Counted from the stretch's first letter, positions 15,862-24,803 are shown. The stretch is 32,000 nt of DNA from Methylorubrum extorquens (GCA_900234795.1 LT962688.1:720001-752000), one strand, 5' to 3'. Numbers and translations: made by a program. The notes: generated by a model from the letters alone, not told the origin.

Positions 15862-16718
15862 TGGCTACCGGAGCAACGCTCACCGCAACCCGCGAACGTG
15901 CCGCCAAGGCCCGCACGCCCTTCATCACCATGGCCGGGCTGCGCGGCGTTGCCGCCCGCGTCCTGCCGCCGCTCGTCGTCCTGGCGGGCTTCCTGCTCCT
16001 GTGGGAGGTGCTGTGCTCCTCCCCCACCGCCGGCCTGCCGCCGCCCTCGCGGGTGGTGACGGAAGCCTGGGACATCATCATCGATCCGTTCTACGACAAC
16101 GGCGGCACCGACAAGGGCCTGTTCTGGCATATCGCCGCGAGCCTGAAGCGCGTGGCGCTGGGCTTCTCGCTGGCGGTGGTGGCGGGCGTGATGCTCGGCA
16201 CGCTGGTCGGCCAGTCCGACTGGGCGATGCGCGGGCTCGACCCGATCTTCCAGATCCTGCGTACGATCCCGCCGCTGGCGTGGCTCCCGCTCTCGCTGGC
16301 CGCCTTCCGCGACGGCCAACCCAGCGCGATCTTCGTGATCTTCATCACCTCGATCTGGCCGATCATCATCAACACCGCGGTCGGCATCCGCAACATTCCG
16401 CAAGACTACCGCAACGTCGCCGCGGTCATCCGGCTGAACCCGATCGAGTTCTTCGTGAAGATCATGCTGCCCTCGGCGGCCCCCTACATCTTCACCGGTC
16501 TTCGCATCGGCGTCGGCCTGTCCTGGCTCGCCATCGTCGCGGCCGAAATGCTGATCGGCGGCGTCGGGATCGGCTTCTTCATCTGGGACGCGTGGAACTC
16601 GTCGCACATCTCCGAGATCATCGTCGCCCTCGTCTATGTCGGGCTCATCGGCTTCGTCCTCGACCGGATGGTCGCCGGGCTCGGCGTGCTCGTGACCCGC
16701 GGCACCAGCGCAGCGTGA
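15861..16718 (+). CDS. nrtB: Nitrate ABC transporter permease NrtB
   Basis: About 285 aa with multiple transmembrane helices. The BPD-transport permease loop is ILRTIPPLAWLPLSLAAF. The start ATG 15861 overlaps the nrtA TGA by 1 nt, and GTG 15858 is an alternative. Confidence 0.9.
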   Translation: MATGATLTATRERAAKARTPFITMAGLRGVAARVLPPLVVLAGFLLLWEVLCSSPTAGLPPPSRVVTEAWDIIIDPFYDNGGTDKGLFWHIAASLKRVALGFSLAVVAGVMLGTLVGQSDWAMRGLDPIFQILRTIPPLAWLPLSLAAFRDGQPSAIFVIFITSIWPIIINTAVGIRNIPQDYRNVAAVIRLNPIEFFVKIMLPSAAPYIFTGLRIGVGLSWLAIVAAEMLIGGVGIGFFIWDAWNSSHISEIIVALVYVGLIGFVLDRMVAGLGVLVTRGTSAA

Positions 16719-16730
16719 GGGATTAAGAAC

Positions 16731-17525
16731 ATGGCACATCTCTCCCTCTCCCAGGTCGGCATCACGTTTCATCGCGGCGGCAAGGCATCGGAAGTGCTGC
16801 GCGACGTGAACCTCGACATCGCCAAGGGCGAGTTCGTCTCGATCATCGGGCATTCCGGCTGCGGCAAGTCGACGGTGCTCAACATCGTCGCCGGCCTGCT
16901 CAAGGCCTCGACCGGCGGCGTGCTGCTGGACGGGCGCGAGGTGAACGCCCCCGGCCCCGACCGCGCGGTGGTGTTCCAGAACCACTCGCTGCTGCCCTGG
17001 CTCACCGTGCGCGAGAACGTGGCGCTCGCCGTCGACAAGGTCTCGAAGGGCAAGAAGACCCGCGCCGAGCGCACCCAGTGGATCGAGCACAACCTCGCGC
17101 TCGTGAACATGGTGCACGCCGCCGACAAGCGCCCGAACGAGATCTCGGGCGGCATGAAGCAGCGCGTCGGCATCGCCCGCGCGCTCGCGATGGAGCCGAC
17201 CGTGCTGCTCATGGACGAGCCGTTCGGCGCGCTCGACGCGCTGACCCGCGCCCACCTTCAGGACCAGACCATGGAGATCCAGCAGCGGCTGAAGAACACC
17301 GTCATCATGATCACCCACGATGTGGACGAGGCGGTGCTGCTCTCCGACCGCATCGTGATGATGACGAACGGCCCGTCGGCGACCATCGGCGAGATCCTGC
17401 CCGTGCCGCTGGCGCGGCCTCGCCGCCGGCTCGACCTCGTGGAGGATGCCACCTACGTCCACGCCCGCGCCGCGGTGCTGGAATTCCTCTACGCCCGCCA
17501 CGCCAAGCCTGCTCTCGCTGCCTGA
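16731..17525 (+). CDS. nrtC: Nitrate ABC transporter ATP-binding protein
   Basis: 264 aa. Walker A is GHSGCGKST, the signature is ISGGMKQRVGIARAL and Walker B is LLMDEPFGALD. Confidence 0.9.
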   Translation: MAHLSLSQVGITFHRGGKASEVLRDVNLDIAKGEFVSIIGHSGCGKSTVLNIVAGLLKASTGGVLLDGREVNAPGPDRAVVFQNHSLLPWLTVRENVALAVDKVSKGKKTRAERTQWIEHNLALVNMVHAADKRPNEISGGMKQRVGIARALAMEPTVLLMDEPFGALDALTRAHLQDQTMEIQQRLKNTVIMITHDVDEAVLLSDRIVMMTNGPSATIGEILPVPLARPRRRLDLVEDATYVHARAAVLEFLYARHAKPALAA

Positions 17526-17550
17526 GTTCGTGAAGGGGGATCACGGGTTC

Positions 17551-18771
17551 ATGAGCGTGAAGGACAGACTCGTCGTCGTCGGCAACGGCATGGCCTCGCT
17601 CCGCTTCCTCGAGCGGCTGACGGAGCGCGCGCCGGGCCGCTACGACGTGACGGTGGTCGGCGCCGAGCCGGTGGCGGCCTATAACCGGGTGCTGCTCTCC
17701 TCGCTGCTCGGCGGCGAGGTGGACGAGGCGGCCTGCGGCTTCCGTCCGCTCCCCTGGTACGAGGAGCACGGCATCCGCCTCGTCACCGGCGCACCGGTGA
17801 CCGAGATCGACCGGGCGAACCGCATCGCCCTCGTCGGCTCCGCCCATGTGCTGCCCTACGACAAGCTGGTGCTGGCGGTGGGCTCGCTGCCGATCCGGCT
17901 GCCGCTGCCCGGCATCGACCTGCCCGGCGTCCTCACCTTCCGCGATTTCGCCGATGTGGCGGCGATCCGCAAAGCCGCCGTCGAGCATGCCAAGGCGGTG
18001 GTGATCGGCGGCGGGCTTCTGGGCCTGGAGGCCGCGGTCGGGCTCGCCCGGCTCGGGGTCGACACCACCCTGATCCACGTCATGGACCGAGTGATGGAGC
18101 GCCAGCTCGACCACGCGGCCGCCCGCCTCGTGCGCACGGCGATGGAAGCGCGCGGCGTCAAGGTGATGCTGTCCGCCGACACCGCCGCGATCGAGGGCGA
18201 CGGACGCGTCGAGCGCCTGCGGATGAAGGACGGCACCGTGATCCCGGCCGACCTCGTGGTGATGTCGGTCGGCATCCGCGCCTCGACCGCCCTGGCGCAG
18301 TCCTGCGGGCTCGCCTGCGGGCGCGGCATCACGGTGGACGACCGGATGACCACCTCCGATCCGGCGATCCATGCGCTCGGCGAATGCGCCGAGCACAGGG
18401 GCGTCGTTTACGGCCTCGTCGAGCCCGCCTACGAGCAGGCCGAGGTGCTGTCGCGGGCGCTTCTCGGCGAGGCGGCGACCTATCCCGGCACATCCCTTGC
18501 CACCAGCCTCAAGGTGTCGGGCCTGCCGGTCTTCTCGGCCGGATTGGTCGATACGCCCGAGGGTGCCGAGGCCGTCGTGATGCACGATGCCGCCGCCGGC
18601 CTCTACCGCAAGCTGATCATCGCCGACGGCCGCCTCGCGGGGGCGGTCTTCGTCGGCGATATCGCGGAGCAGGCGCGCTGCAAGGAGCTGATCCGCTCCG
18701 GCGCGCCGCTCTCCCCTGACGACCGGGACGACTTGATGTTCGGCCCGGCCCCGAAAACCCTCGCAGCGTGA
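17551..18771 (+). CDS. FAD-dependent NAD(P)H oxidoreductase, NirB N-terminal-like (Flp-like)
   Basis: 406 aa from ATG 17551 (RBS GAAGGGGGA 17532-17540). The dinucleotide folds are VVVGNGMAS and AVVIGGGLLGLEA, and GECAEHRG is typical of NirB/rubredoxin-reductase-type flavoproteins. It has no sirohaem or Fe-S domain. Confidence 0.85.
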   Translation: MSVKDRLVVVGNGMASLRFLERLTERAPGRYDVTVVGAEPVAAYNRVLLSSLLGGEVDEAACGFRPLPWYEEHGIRLVTGAPVTEIDRANRIALVGSAHVLPYDKLVLAVGSLPIRLPLPGIDLPGVLTFRDFADVAAIRKAAVEHAKAVVIGGGLLGLEAAVGLARLGVDTTLIHVMDRVMERQLDHAAARLVRTAMEARGVKVMLSADTAAIEGDGRVERLRMKDGTVIPADLVVMSVGIRASTALAQSCGLACGRGITVDDRMTTSDPAIHALGECAEHRGVVYGLVEPAYEQAEVLSRALLGEAATYPGTSLATSLKVSGLPVFSAGLVDTPEGAEAVVMHDAAAGLYRKLIIADGRLAGAVFVGDIAEQARCKELIRSGAPLSPDDRDDLMFGPAPKTLAA

Positions 18772-18782
18772 GTGAGGCAGCG

Positions 18783-20573
18783 ATGGCAGACGAATTTAAC
18801 GCCGAGCAGAAGCGCTACCTGGAGGGCTTCGCCTCCGGCATCGCCGCGGCCCGCATGACCGGCGGCCTCGCCGCGGGCCAAGCCCCGGCGAGCGCGCCGG
18901 CCGAGCCCACGGGCCCGGACGCGATCCACATCAAGGCACAGATCCGCACCGTGAAGGAGGGCGGCAAGCTCTGCGACCAGGAGAAGTGGAAGCGCGCCGA
19001 GAACCCGTTCGACGGCCATAACCGGCTGAAGGCGGAGGCCGCCACGGGCAAGGCTCCGAAGCCCGAGGACAACTTCCGCTGGCGCTACCACGGCATGTTC
19101 TGGGTCGCGCCGACCCAGACCTCCTACATGTGCCGGATCCGGGTTCCGAACGGCATCCTGCACCACTGGCAGTTCGCCGGTCTCGCCGACCTCGCGGATG
19201 CCCATGGCGGCGCCTACAGCCACGTCACCACCCGCGCGGGCCTGCAGGTGCGCGAGATCGCGCCCGAGCACGCCCAGCCCTTCCTCGACGGGCTGATCGA
19301 TCTCGGCCTGACCGCGCAGGGCGCGGGCGCCGACAACATCCGCAACGTCACCGGCTCGCCGGCCGCCGGCATCGACGCGCAGGAACTGCTGGACACCCGT
19401 CCCCTCACCAAGTCCTGGCACAACTGGATCCTGAACGACCGCTCGCTCTACGGCCTGCCGCGCAAGTTCAACGTCTCCTTCGACGGCGGCGGCGTGATGC
19501 CGGCGCTCGAAGAGACGAACGACATCGGCTTCCAGGCGATCCAGGTGCTGGAGGGCGCCCCGGTCGCGCCGGGCGTCTGGATGCGCCTCGTGCTCGGCGG
19601 CATCTCGGGCCACAAGGATCTGGCCCGCGACACGGGGATCGTCCTCAGGCCCGAGGACTGCAACCTTGTGGCCGACGCGATCATCCGGGTCTTCATCGAG
19701 AACGGCGACCGGACCAACCGCAACAAGGCCCGGATGAAGTACGTCCTCGACGCCTGGGGCTTCGACAAGTACATCGCCGCCGTCGAGGAGAAGCTCGGGC
19801 GCAAGCTCGACCGGGTCGACGCCGCCCATGTCGCCCCGCGCCGGCCGACCGACCGCTTCAGCCATGTCGGCGTCCATGCCCAGGTCCAACCCGGCCTGAA
19901 CTGGGTCGGCGTGGTGCTCCCCGTCGGCAAGATGACCACCGACCAGATGCGCGGGCTGGCGAAGATCGCCGCGGAATGCGGCGACGGCCAGATCCGCATG
20001 ACGGTCTGGCAGAACTTCATCTTCTCCGGCGTGCCGGACGCGAAGGTGGCCGAGGTCGAGGAACGGGTGCTCGCGCTCGGGCTCACGGTGAAGGCCGCCG
20101 GCATCCGCTCGGGCCTCGTCGCCTGCACCGGCTCGCGCGGCTGCAAGTTCGCCGCCTCCGACACCAAGGGCCACGCGATGATCATCGCGGACCATGTCGA
20201 GCGGACCGTGCCGAACCTCGACGTGCCGGTGAACGTGCACCTCACCGGCTGCCACCATTCCTGCGCCCAGCACTACATCGGCGATATCGGCCTGATCGGC
20301 GCCAAGGTCGTCGTCTCGGAGGAGGGCGACACCGTCGAGGGCTACGACGTCGTGGTCGGCGGTGGTTTCGCCGAGAACCCGAAGATCGGCACCGAGATCT
20401 GGAAGGCGGTGAAGGCTGAAGACGCGCCCTCGCGCGTCGAAGCGCTGCTCAACGCCTATCTCGCCCGCCGCCAGGGCCCGGAGGAGAGCTTCCAGGCCTT
20501 CACCGCGCGCACCGGCCCCGAGGCCCTGCGCGACGCCGCCGAAGAACAACCCGCCCTCAAGGCCGCCGCATGA
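18783..20573 (+). CDS. nirA: Ferredoxin-type nitrite/sulfite reductase hemoprotein (NirA family)
   Basis: The sirohaem-[4Fe-4S] ligand pattern is CTGSRGC (Cys codons 20124, 20142) and CHHSC (20250, 20262). It has a duplicated NIR_SIR-like architecture. ATG 18783 follows GAGG (18774-18777), and GTG 18768 (a GTGA overlap with the upstream gene) is an alternative. Confidence 0.9.
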   Translation: MADEFNAEQKRYLEGFASGIAAARMTGGLAAGQAPASAPAEPTGPDAIHIKAQIRTVKEGGKLCDQEKWKRAENPFDGHNRLKAEAATGKAPKPEDNFRWRYHGMFWVAPTQTSYMCRIRVPNGILHHWQFAGLADLADAHGGAYSHVTTRAGLQVREIAPEHAQPFLDGLIDLGLTAQGAGADNIRNVTGSPAAGIDAQELLDTRPLTKSWHNWILNDRSLYGLPRKFNVSFDGGGVMPALEETNDIGFQAIQVLEGAPVAPGVWMRLVLGGISGHKDLARDTGIVLRPEDCNLVADAIIRVFIENGDRTNRNKARMKYVLDAWGFDKYIAAVEEKLGRKLDRVDAAHVAPRRPTDRFSHVGVHAQVQPGLNWVGVVLPVGKMTTDQMRGLAKIAAECGDGQIRMTVWQNFIFSGVPDAKVAEVEERVLALGLTVKAAGIRSGLVACTGSRGCKFAASDTKGHAMIIADHVERTVPNLDVPVNVHLTGCHHSCAQHYIGDIGLIGAKVVVSEEGDTVEGYDVVVGGGFAENPKIGTEIWKAVKAEDAPSRVEALLNAYLARRQGPEESFQAFTARTGPEALRDAAEEQPALKAAA

Positions 20574-22175
20574 CCCAGCACGTCGCGCCCCCGCTCGTTC
20601 TCATCCCCGAGAGCGCCCCCTTCAACGCCGACCAGCGCTCCTGGCTGTCCGGCTACTTCGCCGCGCTGCTGGGCCCCGCCGTGGAAGGCGCCACCGCGCT
20701 CGCCCCCGGCGAGGCGCCGTCCACGGGTCCGAAGCTCGCCGACAACGACGACGCGCCCTGGCACGACCCGTCGATGCCGATCAACGACCGCATGGCGATC
20801 GCCAAGGACCGCTCCGAGCCGCAGAAGCTGATGGCCGCCATGGCCCAGCAGGATTGCGGGCAGTGCGGCTACAATTGCGCCGACTATGCCAACGCGATCT
20901 TCCTCAAGAGCGAGGAGCGGCTGAACCTTTGCCAGCCCGGCGGCAAAGAAACGCTTCGGATGCTCAAGAAGCTCGACGAGGAGTTCGGCGCCGCGGGGGG
21001 CACGGCCGCTCCGAAGGCGGAGGCGGGCGACGCTCCGAAGAAGGAGCCGGAACTCGGGCCGCTCGGCTATTGCCGCGAGAACCCGGTCGAGGCGACCTTC
21101 CTCTCCCGCACGCGCCTCAACGCGCCGGGCGGCGAGAAGGAAACGTGGCACATCGAGATCGACCTGCGGGATACGCCGATCACCTACGAGGCGGGCGATT
21201 CCCTCGGCCTGTTCCCCGCCAACGCCCCGGCGCTGGTGGATGCAGTGATCGCCGAACTCGGCACGCGGCCCGAGCGGATGATCGCGGGCAAGACCCTGCG
21301 CGACCGGCTGCTAACCGAGTATTCCCTGGGTGCTGCGCCGGACAACCTCTACCAACTCCTCTCGCTCCTGACCTCGGGTGCCGCCCGGAAGAAGGCGCAG
21401 GCGCTGGCGGCCGGCGAGGATCCGGACGGCGATGCGCAGCATCTCGACGTGCTCGGTGCGCTCCACAAATTCCCCGGTGCGCGCCCCGATGCCGAGGTCT
21501 TCCTAGAGGCGCTCGACGAGTTGCAGCCGCGGCTCTACTCGATCTCCTCCTCGCCGAAGATGGATGAGGGCCGGGTTTCGCTCACCGTCGATGCGGTGCG
21601 CTACAACCATCGCTCGCGCCTGCGCCTCGGCGTCGCCTCCACGCATCTGGGCGAGCGTCTCCCGGAGCAGACCAAAGTCCGGATCTACCTGCAGAAGGCG
21701 CACGGCTTCGGCCTGCCGGCGGATGCAGCCAAGGACGTGATCATGTGCGGCCCCGGCACCGGCGTCGCCCCGTTCCGCTCCTTCCTGCGTGAGCGCGCGG
21801 CCACGAAGGCCCCCCGGCCGCAACTGGCTGTTCTACGGCCACCAGCGGCAAGCGACCGACTTCTTCTACAAGGACGAGCTGAACGGCCTGAAGGAAGACA
21901 AGGTGCTGACCCGCCTCTCGCTCGCTTGGTCGCGTGACGGCACGGAAAAGACCTACGTGCAGGACCGCATGCGCGAGAACGGCGCCGAGCTGTGGAAATG
22001 GCTGGAGGGCGGCGCCCATTTCTATGTCTGCGGCGATGCCAAGCGCATGGCCAAGGACGTGGAGCGGGCGATCATCGACGTCGCCGCCCAGTTCGGCGGC
22101 AAGAACCCCGACGAGGCCGTGGCCTACCTCGCCGCCCTCAAGAAGAGCGGGCGCTATCAGGCCGACGTGTACTGA
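20570..22175 (+). pseudogene. CysJ-like FAD/NADPH flavoprotein (sulfite-reductase alpha-like) lacking the FMN domain; reading frame broken by one extra C at 21810-21815
   Basis: The FAD/NADPH motifs are RLYSISSSP, GPGTGVAPFRSF, YVCGDAKRMAKDV and the terminal ...RYQADVY. The frame switches at AAGGCCCCCCGGCCGC. Removing one C gives ...RAATKAPGRNWLFYGHQ..., which is colinear, as I recall it, with E. coli CysJ ...RAADEAPGKNWLFFG. An ATGA overlap joins it to nirA. It may be intact in reality if the C6 run is an assembly error. Confidence 0.85.
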
Positions 22176-22177
22176 GG

Positions 22178-22198
22178 GGGAGGGGGTTTTCCCCTCCC
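22178..22198. terminator. Bidirectional stem-loop between convergent cysJ-like and lysR genes
   Basis: GGGAGGGG-GTTTT-CCCCTCCC is an 8-bp stem starting 3 nt after the stop at 22175. It belongs to the same GGGGAGGG family as the other palindromes. Confidence 0.45.
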
Positions 22199-22204
22199 AC
22201 CGCC

Positions 22205-23111
22205 TCAGGCCGCCGGGTTGACCCGCGGATCGGCGCGCAGCCGTGCCGCGGCGAGATCGACGAAGGCGCGGGTCTTGGCCGGCGCCCGCCGTCCCTCGGG
22301 ACTGACGACGTGGATCGGAACCGGCGCCTCCTCGTCATCCGTGAGCAGGATGCGCAGGCGCCCTTCCGCCACCGCCGACGCGACCTGATAGGACAGCAGA
22401 CGCGCGATCCCCCATCCATCGAGGGCCGCCGCCAGCGACGCATCGACCGTGTTGCAGACGAGCCGGGCATGGACGCCCACCGTGGTGCGCCCCCTCGGGC
22501 CCGAACCGCCATTCCGGCAGGGCACCGGGGTTTGACGCGCCGATCACCGCGTGATCGCGCAGGTCGCGCGGTGTTTCGGGCACGCCGTGCCGCTCCAAAT
22601 AGCTCGGTGCGGCGCAGACGACCCGGCGCACGCTGCCGACGCGGGTCGCCGTGAGCCCGGAATCGGCCAGATGCCCGATCCGCACGCCGACATCGATGCC
22701 CTCCTCGATCAGGTTGACGATCCGGTCGAGGAACAGCGCGCGGACCGCCACCGCCGGGTAGCGCGCGAGATAATCGGTCACCACCGGCAACACGTAGAGC
22801 CGCCCGAATTGCACCGGGGCCGTCAGCGTCAGGACACCGGTCGGCGTCGCGGTCGAGCCCGCGGCGGTGGCCTCCGCTTCCGCGATCTCGGCGAGGATCC
22901 GGCGGCAATCCTCCAGATAGCGCCCGCCGGCCTCGGTGAGCTTCACGGAGCGCGTGGTGCGGATGAACAGCCGCGCCCCGATCACCGCTTCGAGTGCCGC
23001 CACGGCGCGCGTGACCGCGGCCGGGCTCATGGACAGCGCACGGGCCGCCCCGGCAAAGCCGCCGCTCTCGGCAACCCGCACGAACACCCGCATCCCTTGC
23101 AGCCGGTCCAT
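22205..23111 (-). pseudogene. LysR-family transcriptional regulator, frame broken by one extra base near 22490-22494
   Basis: The N-terminal HTH is MDRLQGMRVFVRVAESGGFAGAARALSMSPAAVTRAVAALE. The C-terminal LysR substrate-binding region (...TTVGVHARLVCNTVDASLAAALDGWGIARLLSYQV...KTRAFVDL) continues in another frame (track ORF 22205-22525). Deleting one G from GAGGGGGCG restores about 296 aa. Confidence 0.85.
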
Positions 23112-23255
23112 CGCCGCCCCTCCCTGTCTGGGGCAGAGTGGCGATTATTCCGCTCCGCGCAACAGTCGCTTGCCGACAATGCCGGTTCACCGCGCAACGG
23201 AGAAGGAGTGTGATCCACCCCACGGCCGATCCCGCGGCCGGGAGGAGACGACGCC

Positions 23256-23882
23256 GTGAAGCTCTACAGCCTGACACTCTCGGGCCATGCCCACCGGGCA
23301 CGCCTGTTCCTGTCGCTGGTCGGTCAGCCCTATGAGACCGTCGAGGTCGATTTCGCCGGGGGGCAGAACCGCTCGCCAGATTTTCTCGCGATCAACCCGT
23401 TCGGGCAGGTTCCCGTCCTCGACGATGACGGGACGATCGTGCCGGACTCCAACGCCATCCTCGTCTACCTCGCGAAGAAGCTCGGGCGCAGCGATTGGCT
23501 GCCCGAGGATGCGGCCGGAGCCGCGCGGGTGCAGCGTTGGCTCTCCGTCGCGGCCGGGCCGATCGCCTTCGGCCCCTGCGCCGCCCGCCTCGTCACGCTG
23601 TTCGGCGCCAGCTTCGATGCGGGGGAGGTGATCGCGCGCGCCCATAAGATTCTGGCGCTGATCGATGCGGAACTGTCGTCCCGCGACTGGCTCGCCGCCG
23701 ACCGTCCGACCATCGCCGACGTGGCGCTCTACAGCTACATCGCCGCCGCGCCCGAGGGGAACGTCGATCTCGCGGCTTACGAAAACGTCCGCGCCTGGCT
23801 CGCCCGCATCGAAGCGCTGCCCGGCTTCGTGTCACTCCCGGCCTCGCCGGTCGGCCTGAACGCGACGGGAGCCTCCGCATGA
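23256..23882 (+). CDS. Glutathione S-transferase
   Basis: 208 aa from GTG 23256, 8 nt after GGAGGAG. The motifs are [13 protein letters not shown] and [11 protein letters not shown], with a C-terminal helical GST domain. It is divergent from the LysR gene. Confidence 0.9.
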   Translation: MKLYSLTLSGHAHRARLFLSLVGQPYETVEVDFAGGQNRSPDFLAINPFGQVPVLDDDGTIVPDSNAILVYLAKKLGRSDWLPEDAAGAARVQRWLSVAAGPIAFGPCAARLVTLFGASFDAGEVIARAHKILALIDAELSSRDWLAADRPTIADVALYSYIAAAPEGNVDLAAYENVRAWLARIEALPGFVSLPASPVGLNATGASA

Positions 23883-24796
23883 ACGAGCAAGCCGCAGTCT
23901 CCCCCTGGCACCGGGGCGAGGTGGCGATCCAAGAGAGTGTCGGCATGGCCGGCCGGATGGCCGAACTCGGCCCGCGGGTGATCCGCGATCACCTGACCGA
24001 GCAGCACCGGGCGTTCTTTCCGCTCCTGCCCTTCGCCGTCCTCGGAAGCGTGGATGGGGAGGGCCGCCCCTGGGCGACCTTGCGGGAGGGCGAACCGGGC
24101 TTCCTCCACGCGCCGGATCCGTTTCGGCTCCGGGTGGACGGGCGCCGCGAGCCCGACGATCCCGCCGAGGCGGGGCTGGAGGACGGCGACGGCGTGGCCC
24201 TGCTCGGCATCGAACTGGCCACGCGCCGCCGCAACCGCCTGAACGGAACCGTCGAGCGCGCGGGGCCGGAGGGCTTCGCGATCCGCGTCGAGCAGAGTTT
24301 CGGGAATTGCCCGCAATACATCCATAGCCGGCATGAAGGCCCCCGCATCGGAGACGGGGCGACCCGGCCCCGCCCCATCCTGTCGGACGGGCTCGATCCG
24401 GCGGCGCGGGCTCTCGTCGCGGCGGCCGACACCTTCTTCGTGGCGAGCTTCGTCGAGGATGCGGGCCAGCGGCAGGTCGATGTCTCGCACCGGGGAGGGC
24501 GGCCCGGCTTCGTGCGGGTCGGCGCCGATGGCGGCCTCACGGTGCCCGACTATTCCGGCAACCGCTTCTTCAACACGCTCGGCAATCTGCTGGCGAATCC
24601 GCGCGCTGGGCTGGTCTTTCCGGATTTTGCGACCGGCGCTCTGCTGCAGATGAGCGGACGCACCGAGATCACGCTCGATCCGAACGAGGACGAACGGATC
24701 GACGGCGCCGAGCGCCTCTGGCGGTTCGTGCCGGAGCGGGTCGTGTTCCGGCCTCGCGCGCTGGGGCTGCGCTTCGTCGAGCACAGGGCGGCGTAG
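23879..24796 (+). CDS. Pyridoxamine 5'-phosphate oxidase-related FMN-binding (split-barrel) family protein
   Basis: 305 aa. The assignment rests on overall resemblance to PNPOx-like flavin-nucleotide-binding proteins (SPWHRGE...IQ, FFVASF...[27 protein letters not shown]). An ATGA overlap joins it to the GST gene. Confidence 0.7.
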   Translation: MNEQAAVSPWHRGEVAIQESVGMAGRMAELGPRVIRDHLTEQHRAFFPLLPFAVLGSVDGEGRPWATLREGEPGFLHAPDPFRLRVDGRREPDDPAEAGLEDGDGVALLGIELATRRRNRLNGTVERAGPEGFAIRVEQSFGNCPQYIHSRHEGPRIGDGATRPRPILSDGLDPAARALVAAADTFFVASFVEDAGQRQVDVSHRGGRPGFVRVGADGGLTVPDYSGNRFFNTLGNLLANPRAGLVFPDFATGALLQMSGRTEITLDPNEDERIDGAERLWRFVPERVVFRPRALGLRFVEHRAA

Positions 24797-24803
24797 CGAA
24801 GCC

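Noticed and set aside
289-20549. Other long antisense or out-of-frame track ORFs (289-1212, 417-1433, 1546-3075, 2703-4064, 13131-14576, 14458-15618, 15825-17501, 17311-18585, 18603-20549 and the nested short ones)
   Set aside because: Each overlaps a gene with a recognisable family on the other strand or frame. Composition is Arg/Pro/Gly-dominated and GC3 periodicity favours the called frame.
21809-21818. Programmed +1 ribosomal frameshift at GCC CCC CGG in the cysJ-like gene
   Set aside because: The slip CCC to CCC(+1) would give the correct protein, so it cannot be excluded. However, two other genes nearby need the same one-base correction at G/C homopolymers. I see no stimulatory stop or rare codon or an upstream SD-like element. 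A homopolymer miscall or a simple mutation is more parsimonious.
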